Source of the DNA: a virus
IMG/VR virus record: IMGVR_UViG_3300045988_091806
Length of the DNA: 37,844 nucleotides
Direction: 5' to 3' (one strand)
The notes under the pieces are model-generated. The model searched no databases. It was not told the origin of the DNA and saw only the letters and a program-made list of their open reading frames with translations. The position numbers and the translations under genes were made by a program. Positions 16,952-22,759 of the stretch are shown one piece after another (position 1 is the stretch's first letter; each line of letters starts with the position of its first letter).

Positions 16952-17387
16952 ATTCTGCCTCCATCTTCTTAAGCTCATATTCCATCCACTTTGTAAAATC
17001 ATGCGGCTCATCCGACCAGCTTATAATATGTCCGCGGCTTACATTTAGGTACTGCTGCCACAAATCCGCATTCTTTACTGGCTTGCCTGTCTTTTTCTTC
17101 CAACCGTCCTTTTCCCACTGTTGTGGCCAAGCATTTCTACAACTGTTTAATACATGCTCACATTCTGTATTTATGCGGATTTCACAGTTTTCATGGAAAC
17201 GCATAAGTGCATGTATTATTGCCTGCAGTGTTGCCTGGTTCTCTGTTACATTCTCAAGTGTGCCTTTTCCATTACGGACAAATTCTTTGCCATTAATAAC
17301 TATCTTCAAAACATACATGTATGCGACATGCTTGCGGACTGCTGGTCCTCTTGCACTTGTTTTTATATAAACATCTACTTTCTGCAC
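16935..17387 (-). CDS. Ribonuclease H (RNase HI-like).
   Basis: TENQATLQAIIHAL...IRINTECEHVLN...WEKDGWKKKTGKPVKNADLWQQ parallels the RNase HI pattern (TNNRMEL.A...AL ... D S.Y...W..NGWK...G.PVKN.DLW). GTG 17387 lies 8 nt after SD AAGGGAG and overlaps the Rep stop (TAGTG). Confidence 0.75.
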   Translation of the reverse strand: MQKVDVYIKTSARGPAVRKHVAYMYVLKIVINGKEFVRNGKGTLENVTENQATLQAIIHALMRFHENCEIRINTECEHVLNSCRNAWPQQWEKDGWKKKTGKPVKNADLWQQYLNVSRGHIISWSDEPHDFTKWMEYELKKMEAEYEKCQ

Positions 17388-18142
17388 TAACCACACTCCC
17401 TTCCTTTATGTCGTCGAAACTTGGCTTCATAGTATCTAAAGCCCATCTCAGATATTCCGGTTCTCTCAGAATCCTTAACCATGTAATATCCTTGTTTCTC
17501 ATATTTGCGTATTGTGCTTCTCCTTGTTTTATCTGCAAACGTATTTGCATTAACTACCTGTTTTACAATCACTGGCTCTTTTAAATTTCTTGAAGAATTC
17601 CATCGCTTACCTATTCTTCTGCCAAGAGTCTCCTCTGTCTTATTTGCATACTTAACAAAATACTGAGCAATTCTTGTGTAGTCATTGTCACTGTCCAGCG
17701 GCTTTACATGGACAAACCCTTTGTTCCAACATCTCTTTAATACACGCACATCACATACACTCATGATCATGTGAATATGATGCGCTCCCTTACTTCCTAT
17801 CTCTTTAACATAGATGTACTTTAGAGGACCAATGTTCTCAAATTCTCTCCTCAAAGCTTTTAGCAGATTGCGAATATCTACTGTCATATCATCAGGTGTG
17901 GGAGGTCGGCTCTCCCTGGCATAAGTCCATGTAACCAACATTCCTGTCTCATCTGTAAAATTGGTATTCATCTTTGCCGCCAGCTTCCTTTCTGCCAGTC
18001 TCCGGTTTATGGTTTCCTGTTTCGCTGTTGTTACCTTCTCCCGGCTCTCCCTTCTTTCCCCTCGACAGTTATATCTAAGGGTGTGATATCGTCTTATTGT
18101 TATTACGCTACCTGCTATACATATTTCCTTTATGTATGGCAT
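17387..18142 (-). CDS. Rolling-circle replication initiator (HUH endonuclease, two-tyrosine phiX174 A / P2 gpA type).
   Basis: Motif 1-like MLVTWTY, HUH motif GAHHIHMIM and motif 3 AQYFVKYANK (YxxKY). SD AAGGAGA lies 9 nt before ATG 18142. Confidence 0.75.
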   Translation of the reverse strand: MPYIKEICIAGSVITIRRYHTLRYNCRGERRESREKVTTAKQETINRRLAERKLAAKMNTNFTDETGMLVTWTYARESRPPTPDDMTVDIRNLLKALRREFENIGPLKYIYVKEIGSKGAHHIHMIMSVCDVRVLKRCWNKGFVHVKPLDSDNDYTRIAQYFVKYANKTEETLGRRIGKRWNSSRNLKEPVIVKQVVNANTFADKTRRSTIRKYEKQGYYMVKDSERTGISEMGFRYYEAKFRRHKGRECG

Positions 18143-18180
18143 TAAAAATTGTCTCCTTGGTTCTTAACTTAATTAATACA

Positions 18181-18225
18181 ATCAAGTTTTTATGGGGATT
18201 TCCCCCCATTATTTTTCTTGATATT
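18181..18225. promoter_or_regulatory. Candidate double-strand origin / Rep nick region: an imperfect palindrome carrying CTTGAT(A) in both arms.
   Basis: The sequence is ATCAAG-ttttt-ATGGGG-atttcc-CCCCAT-tattttt-CTTGATATT. The plus strand reads CTTGATATT at 18217-18225. The minus strand reads CTTGATTGTATTAAT starting from 18186. Confidence 0.45.
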
Positions 18226-18236
18226 CACATCAAATA

Positions 18237-18265
18237 TTGACTTTATTCTTAAAATGATTTATTAT
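18237..18265 (+). promoter_or_regulatory. Sigma-A-type promoter driving an antisense small RNA.
   Basis: TTGACT (18237-18242), a 17-nt spacer, then TATTAT (18260-18265). Confidence 0.55.
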
Positions 18266-18271
18266 GTATTC

Positions 18272-18329
18272 AAGTTGTTACGCAACTTGTCGATTTGGTT
18301 CGAGCCGCTGGTCCAAGCGGCTCTTTTTT
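18272..18329 (+). ncRNA. Candidate countertranscript (ctRNA-like antisense RNA) against the rep leader, about 58 nt.
   Basis: Downstream of the promoter lie hairpin 1 CAAGTTG-ttacg-CAACTTG (18271-18289) and hairpin 2 GAGCCGCT-ggtcca-AGCGGCTC (18302-18323), followed by TTTTTT (18324-18329). No plus-strand ORF is present. The element lies wholly within the minus-strand intergenic leader. Confidence 0.5.
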
Positions 18330-18486
18330 ATATTGTTGGAAGTCTGTAAGTTCCTTCCGGCACAAAACTGAATATCTCCAACAATCTCAGCCTTGTATAC
18401 CATCTGGCAGCCAGCTCCGTGTTACCATTCCTAAGATTCTCATTAATTCTCTTGTTGTAAGATATTATTAAACCTACACGCCGCAT
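18328..18486 (-). CDS. Small protein (52 aa), unknown.
   Basis: Not in the track. SD AGGAGG precedes ATG 18486. Translation: MRRVGLIISYNKRINENLRNGNTELAARWYTRLRLLEIFSFVPEGTYRLPTI, TAA at 18328-18330. Confidence 0.5.
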   Translation of the reverse strand: MRRVGLIISYNKRINENLRNGNTELAARWYTRLRLLEIFSFVPEGTYRLPTI

Positions 18487-18500
18487 ATTATCCTCCTTTC

Positions 18501-18737
18501 CTAAATTACAATATCCTTTGGTTCATTCGGATTCGTTAAATCCTTTCCCTCGTTATCCCTGAAGAATCTTTCAAGCTCTGACTTTCTTATTCTTGTATGA
18601 GGGATTTTAAGCACCCTTATCTGATTTGCGTTGATAAGTGTATAAACATACTGTTTAGAAGCTCGCATGATTGTTGCCACTTCCTCCACTGTATACACCA
18701 TATCCTCCGGCTCTCTCTTTATTGTTGCTATCTTCAT
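18501..18737 (-). CDS. Excisionase-family helix-turn-helix DNA-binding protein (candidate Xis or early regulator).
   Basis: YTVEEVATIMRASKQYVYTLINANQIRVLKIPHTRIRKSELERF matches the HTH_17/MerR-like excisionase pattern. SD AAGGAGC upstream. Confidence 0.65.
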   Translation of the reverse strand: MKIATIKREPEDMVYTVEEVATIMRASKQYVYTLINANQIRVLKIPHTRIRKSELERFFRDNEGKDLTNPNEPKDIVI

Positions 18738-18758
18738 AAGCTTGCTCCTTTCCTTAAT

Positions 18759-18839
18759 CTATTTCCTCTTAGGTTCATGGCATAACACCAATATTGTTAT
18801 GCAGATAATTGCTGTTATCGCTATTGCTGTATAATTCAT
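18759..18839 (-). CDS. Small hydrophobic peptide (26 aa).
   Basis: The ATG follows the upstream TAA directly. Translation: MNYTAIAITAIICITILVLCHEPKRK. Confidence 0.35.
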   Translation of the reverse strand: MNYTAIAITAIICITILVLCHEPKRK

Positions 18840-19016
18840 TTACTTCTCCTTCATCTTCACCCAGTCTTCTACATCTTTCTGTGTCATCTTCATAGGAGCA
18901 AGCTTAGCTCCCCAGTATTCCGACTCTACTGTTACAACCTCAATATTTTCTTCCTGCATATACCGGAGTAAATCTTCCGGTTTGCCAAAATTGGCATATT
19001 CAGTTCGTATTATCAT
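18840..19016 (-). CDS. Small protein (58 aa), first gene of the leftward early operon.
   Basis: Not in the track. SD AAGGAGG lies 8 nt before ATG 19016. Translation: MIIRTEYANFGKPEDLLRYMQEENIEVVTVESEYWGAKLAPMKMTQKDVEDWVKMKEK. Confidence 0.55.
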   Translation of the reverse strand: MIIRTEYANFGKPEDLLRYMQEENIEVVTVESEYWGAKLAPMKMTQKDVEDWVKMKEK

Positions 19017-19071
19017 AAATTTTGCCTCCTTGCATTATCTGTACAATTCAGTAGTATTTTCTTGTTATAAG

Positions 19072-19080
19072 TGCTATACT
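19072..19080 (+). promoter_or_regulatory. Extended -10 promoter candidate for the 19110-19863 cassette.
   Basis: TGcTATACT at 19072-19080, about 30 nt upstream of ATG 19110. No good -35 element. Confidence 0.35.
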
Positions 19081-19109
19081 AATTTAATAAAATATAAAGG
19101 AGTAAATAT

Positions 19110-19523
19110 ATGCCACTATGGTTAGACTATTTATGTGCTGCTACCGGCTTAATAAGTTTTGCCTTATCCTTATTAACTTATTGGAACACTCGTAAATTAA
19201 AGCTGGTTGTTCTTTATACAAAAGAACGCGCTGATTATAAAAATGAATATCAGTCATTAGAAGCTCAGATTGACGGCTTCATTCTTTCTTTATCCCATGA
19301 TTTGCAAGCTTCTGACTTAAGCGACTCAATTGATATTTTTGTAAACAACTTAACTGAAAGATATTCTTTCTTGAAAAAATCACGAGTGCAAAATCATGTT
19401 CTTTATTTAAAAATGCTGCATAAATTCAATAAAAATAATAATCACTTATACATAACCAGATTAAATTCATTAAAAATTCAACTTAACAAGGAGGCACATT
19501 ATGACTCAACCCAACATTATTAA
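19110..19523 (+). CDS. Membrane-anchored protein (N-terminal TM helix plus helical domain), unknown family.
   Basis: SD AAGGAG lies before ATG 19110. The N-terminus is PLWLDYLCAATGLISFALSLLTYW. The gene is very AT-rich and lies on the strand opposite to the flanking early genes. Confidence 0.65.
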   Translation: MPLWLDYLCAATGLISFALSLLTYWNTRKLKLVVLYTKERADYKNEYQSLEAQIDGFILSLSHDLQASDLSDSIDIFVNNLTERYSFLKKSRVQNHVLYLKMLHKFNKNNNHLYITRLNSLKIQLNKEAHYDSTQHY

Positions 19524-19863
19524 TTTTGTTATGAATCTCTCTAATAAAACTGCTAATAATCAGTTAAATTGGCAGCAAGTTCTCTTTTTAGAACCATCCT
19601 TAAATAAATTATTTGATACATTTGATACTCTTCAATCTTTTGTCTGCCATCTTGACGCTGGTGACATATACCTTATTAATGGGAAATTAAAAAGTTCTTC
19701 GACTGCATTTAAAAATTACTTATTCCTTGATGACAAAAATGTTGTTCAACAGATATTTATTGATGATTGCTACATATATCAACTCTTAAATGCAATACAG
19801 GCATCTTCTAATACCACAAATGAACTCATTAATAAATTTAACAATGCAATAAATAATCAATAA
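19501..19863 (+). CDS. Asn/Gln-rich protein, unknown family, translationally coupled to 19110..19523.
   Basis: SD AAGGAGG lies before ATG 19501. It overlaps the upstream gene by 23 nt. Confidence 0.6.
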   Translation: MTQPNIINFVMNLSNKTANNQLNWQQVLFLEPSLNKLFDTFDTLQSFVCHLDAGDIYLINGKLKSSSTAFKNYLFLDDKNVVQQIFIDDCYIYQLLNAIQASSNTTNELINKFNNAINNQ

Positions 19864-20003
19864 TCATCTTTTCTGTCCCTGATTCCGTATACAATCAAAT
19901 CAGGGACTTCTTTTATGTGTTTTATTTCCCGTCTAATCTCATTCAGGTTCTTTACCTGAACAAAAATCGTAATTATACCAGCTATTAAGAAAATTACCTT
20001 CAC
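19857..20003 (-). CDS. Small membrane peptide (48 aa) downstream of cro-like gene; existence uncertain.
   Basis: GTG 20003 overlaps the cro stop (GTGA) and lies 7 nt after GAGGAGG. Translation: MKVIFLIAGIITIFVQVKNLNEIRREIKHIKEVPDLIVYGIRDRKDDY. The convergent terminator hairpin lies inside it. Confidence 0.35.
   Translation of the reverse strand: MKVIFLIAGIITIFVQVKNLNEIRREIKHIKEVPDLIVYGIRDRKDDY
19875..19915 (+). terminator. Rho-independent terminator of the two-gene cassette.
   Basis: GTCCCTGATT (19875-19884), a 13-nt loop, AATCAGGGAC (19898-19907), then TTCTTTTA. Confidence 0.7.
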
Positions 20004-20194
20004 TCTCTCACCTCCTCGAATAGATAATCAAACTTCACATTAAAGGTCTTACATAAAATCTTTATTTCAAATGTTGTAAATTTCCCTGTTTTTTTTTTGT
20101 TTTCATAAGAAACTCTTGATATTCCTAATAATTTTGCCACATCTGAATTTGTATATCCTTTTCGTGCTTGTTCCGCTTCTAAGTTTCTAAACAA
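20000..20194 (-). CDS. Cro-like XRE-family HTH regulator.
   Basis: GYTNSDVAKLLGISRVSYENKKKTGK is an XRE HTH. The TTG start lies 8 nt after AAAGGAGG. It is divergent from the cI-like gene. Confidence 0.75.
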   Translation of the reverse strand: MFRNLEAEQARKGYTNSDVAKLLGISRVSYENKKKTGKFTTFEIKILCKTFNVKFDYLFEEVRE

Positions 20195-20213
20195 TTTTGT
20201 TTCCTCCTTTCAT

Positions 20214-20230
20214 GTTTGCATAACGCAAAC
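20214..20230. promoter_or_regulatory. Operator: perfect 17-bp palindrome GTTTGCATAACGCAAAC.
   Basis: Read directly. Related sites are CTTTGCATTTTGTAAAC (20276-20292), a GCAAAC at 20256-20261 and a GTTTGC at 20306-20311 inside the rightward promoter spacer. Confidence 0.6.
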
Positions 20231-20239
20231 TTTGATTAT

Positions 20240-20268
20240 AATATAATTACTATCTGCAAACTTGTCAA
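20240..20268 (-). promoter_or_regulatory. Leftward (cro-side) promoter.
   Basis: On the minus strand: TTGACA (20268-20263), a 17-nt spacer, then TATATT (20245-20240). Confidence 0.55.
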
Positions 20269-20298
20269 TAGTTTCCTTTGCATTTTGTAAACTTTTTA

Positions 20299-20327
20299 TT
20301 GACATGTTTGCATTTCATTCATATAAT
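20299..20327 (+). promoter_or_regulatory. Rightward (repressor-side) promoter with consensus hexamers.
   Basis: TTGACA (20299-20304), a 17-nt spacer, then TATAAT (20322-20327). Confidence 0.65.
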
Positions 20328-20366
20328 CAAATCATACAAATGTTATTCAAGGCGGTGATTAATAAT

Positions 20367-20675
20367 ATGGGAGATATTTTTAACGAAAATTTAAAGTCAG
20401 CAAGAGAAAAGAAAGGTTTATCTCAAAAAGAAGTTGCTGAAGCTATTGGGGTCGCCAAATCTACATATTCTTTATATGAGAGTGGGAATAGAGAACCTAA
20501 TGTTCAAACTATAAAGCGAATTGCTGATGTATTAAATGTTTCTGCCGATGTGCTTTTAGGATTAGAAGAACCTCATACTATAGCTGCTCATTTTGATGGA
20601 GATGGATTTACGCCAGAGGAATTAAATAAGATAGAAGAATTCGCTAATTTTGTTAAGTCAAAAAGAAAAAACTAA
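20367..20675 (+). CDS. cI-like XRE-family repressor.
   Basis: GLSQKEVAEAIGVAKSTYSLYESGNREPNVQTIKRIADVLNVSADVLLG is a classic XRE HTH. ATG 20367 lies after AAGGCGGTGA. The track start at 20262 is a TTG inside the operator region. Confidence 0.8.
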   Translation: MGDIFNENLKSAREKKGLSQKEVAEAIGVAKSTYSLYESGNREPNVQTIKRIADVLNVSADVLLGLEEPHTIAAHFDGDGFTPEELNKIEEFANFVKSKRKN

Positions 20676-20687
20676 GGGGATGATTTA

Positions 20688-21161
20688 TTGACTGATTATG
20701 AGAAATTATTATCCAATGCAAACGATAATAATGTTACAGTTTATGATGACTACAATTTGAAGGGAACTAGAATAAAAGGATTATATTGTGATGGCTCTGT
20801 TGCTATAAGTAATAGCTTAAGAACACAAAAAGAAAAAACCTGTGTACTTGCAGAGGAATTAGGACATTTCTACACCTCAACCGGAAATATCTTAGATATG
20901 TCTGACACTGGTAACAGAAAGCAAGAAGCTAGAGCCCGTCTGTGGGCATATAACAGACAAGTTGGTTTGCAAGGTATTATTAATTGTTATAAGGCCAATT
21001 GCAGAACTTTACATGATATGGCAGATTACTTAAATGTAACAGAAGAATTTCTAAGTGACGCTATTGAATGTTACCGTTCTAAATATGGCATATCCGTGCA
21101 AGTAGACAATTATGTTGTTGGGTTTCAACCATCATTATATATTATGGAATTATTTGAATAG
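20688..21161 (+). CDS. ImmA/IrrE-like metallopeptidase domain protein (DUF955-like) with a variant motif.
   Basis: CVLAEELGHFYTS occupies the place of the HExxH motif (A-E-E-L-G-H). The TTG start lies 7 nt after AAGGGGA. It sits directly downstream of the repressor, as in ImmR/ImmA pairs. Confidence 0.65.
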   Translation: MTDYEKLLSNANDNNVTVYDDYNLKGTRIKGLYCDGSVAISNSLRTQKEKTCVLAEELGHFYTSTGNILDMSDTGNRKQEARARLWAYNRQVGLQGIINCYKANCRTLHDMADYLNVTEEFLSDAIECYRSKYGISVQVDNYVVGFQPSLYIMELFE

Positions 21162-21169
21162 GAGAAAAC

Positions 21170-22453
21170 ATGGGATTATCTGATATATTAAACGCTAAAA
21201 AACTTCGTGAAGAAAACGAACAATTAAAGAAAATGATCACTCCCGAAATGCAGACTAGTTTTGATTTATCACAACATATAGAATCACTAAAAGCTCAGGT
21301 TAATGATTTACAGGGACAATTTGATAATTTGAATAATCGCATTAACGATAAAGGACAGGAATACAATAATCTTCTTGACCTTATAGATGAAACAAAATCA
21401 AAATTGATTATTATGCAAGACGATGTACTTGTACAAGAGTTTGGTTTGTATACACCTATTTATGATTTCGCCACATCTGATGGCTATAAAGAAAAATTAA
21501 CAGCCATCAGGGATAGACAGAAACAAATGATAAAAAATGGTACTGCTGCCACTGGTGCTATTAATTGGCAAGTTAATGGTAGCCTACAAAAAGGTTCTAA
21601 GATGGTAAGTGATACTCAAAAACTTTTGTTAAGAGCTTTTAATAGCGAATGTGATGAGGTAATAAATAACGTCAAATACAATAATTTTGATATGTCGCTT
21701 AAAAGAATTACAACCTCTCGCAACGCAATATCACGACTGGGAAAAATGATGCAGATTTCAATATCCAATGAGTACTATCAGGCTAAAGTAGATGAATTAC
21801 ATCTTGCTTTTGAATATCGTCAGAAAAAACAAGCAGAAAAAGAGGAACAAAGAGAGGCTAGAGCTGCTCTTCGTGAAGCTGCCAAGCTACAAAAGGAAAT
21901 AGAAGAACAACGAAAAGCTATTAATAAAGAGCGTAATCATTATCAAAACGCTTTGCTATCTGTTTTAAAACAAATTGAATCTTCTCCTACGCCTTCAGAT
22001 GAGCTGATACAAAAGAAAAATGAGCTTGAATCACAACTTGGTGTTATTGATGTGAAAATAAAAGACTTAGATTACAGAGAAGCTAATCAGCGTGCTGGTT
22101 ATGTTTATGTTATTTCTAATATTGGTGCATTTGGTGAGAATATTTACAAAATTGGTATGACCCGCCGTCTTAACCCTCAAGATAGAGTTGATGAATTAGG
22201 TGATGCGTCCGTTCCTTTCAATTTTGATGTGCATGCAATGATATTTTCTGATGATGCTCCTGCACTTGAGAATGCTCTACATAAAGCCTTTGAAAATCGT
22301 AAGGTTAATATGGTCAACCATAGAAGAGAATTTTTCAATGTTACATTGGATGAAATAAAAGATGTTATACGACAAAACTATGACAAGACTGTTGAATTTG
22401 TCGATATCCCAGATGCAGAACAATATAGAGAAAGTCTGAAAATGAGACAATAG
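21170..22453 (+). CDS. DUF4041 plus T5orf172 (GIY-YIG-superfamily/MUG113-like) domain protein.
   Basis: The N-terminal part has VQEFGLYTPIYDFATSDGYKEKLTAIRDRQKQMIKNG...WQVNGS..KGSKM..DTQKLLLRAFNSECD. The C-terminal part has GYVYVISNIGAFGENIYKIGMTRRLNPQDRVDELGDASVPFNFDVHAMIFSDDAPALENALHKAF. SD AGGAGA upstream. Confidence 0.75.
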   Translation: MGLSDILNAKKLREENEQLKKMITPEMQTSFDLSQHIESLKAQVNDLQGQFDNLNNRINDKGQEYNNLLDLIDETKSKLIIMQDDVLVQEFGLYTPIYDFATSDGYKEKLTAIRDRQKQMIKNGTAATGAINWQVNGSLQKGSKMVSDTQKLLLRAFNSECDEVINNVKYNNFDMSLKRITTSRNAISRLGKMMQISISNEYYQAKVDELHLAFEYRQKKQAEKEEQREARAALREAAKLQKEIEEQRKAINKERNHYQNALLSVLKQIESSPTPSDELIQKKNELESQLGVIDVKIKDLDYREANQRAGYVYVISNIGAFGENIYKIGMTRRLNPQDRVDELGDASVPFNFDVHAMIFSDDAPALENALHKAFENRKVNMVNHRREFFNVTLDEIKDVIRQNYDKTVEFVDIPDAEQYRESLKMRQ

Positions 22454-22470
22454 TATATGGAGGTATTAAT

Positions 22471-22569
22471 ATGAGTGAAAAAGAACAGTTATTACAATTA
22501 ATTGACAATATGCCTGATTATAAGATTGGGTATATATTAGCTTTTGTAAAGGGGCTTTTTGCTTGCTGA
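22471..22569 (+). CDS. Small orphan ORF (32 aa) resembling the N-terminus of small antitoxin-like proteins; possibly truncated.
   Basis: Not in the track. SD GGAGG lies 8 nt before ATG 22471. Translation: MSEKEQLLQLIDNMPDYKIGYILAFVKGLFAC, then TGA. A G4/T5 homopolymer tract lies just before the stop. Confidence 0.45.
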   Translation: MSEKEQLLQLIDNMPDYKIGYILAFVKGLFAC

Positions 22570-22640
22570 TTTCTTTGAAAGCTTTGCACATGGATTATAA
22601 ATTACAATATAACGCTATAAATTAAAATATATTGGTATAC

Positions 22641-22668
22641 TTGACAAGACTTTTGGATATGATATAAT
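22641..22668 (+). promoter_or_regulatory. Near-consensus promoter with extended -10, upstream of the Abi gene.
   Basis: TTGACA (22641-22646), a 16-nt spacer ending in TGA, then TATAAT (22663-22668). This gives TGATATAAT. Confidence 0.65.
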
Positions 22669-22709
22669 GTCACTTGTAATTAGTGAATGACTGCTGGGCG
22701 GTCGCGGAA

Positions 22710-22741
22710 GAGTCTTGGGATTGTATTCCAAGGCTCTTTTT
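22710..22741 (+). terminator. Leader terminator/attenuator hairpin between the promoter and the Abi RBS.
   Basis: GAGTCTTGG (22710-22718), a 9-nt loop, CCAAGGCTC (22728-22736), then TTTTT. The RBS AAGGAG starts 7 nt later. The GC-rich segment CTGCTGGGCGGTCGCGG lies just upstream. Confidence 0.6.
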
Positions 22742-22759
22742 GCATATAAGGAGAAATAT

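Noticed and set aside
17293-17550. An 85-aa minus-strand ORF, together with the plus-strand ORFs 17083..17584.
   Set aside because: They are embedded in alternative frames of, or antisense to, the Rep and RNase H genes, which have clear motifs. There is no independent translation signal.
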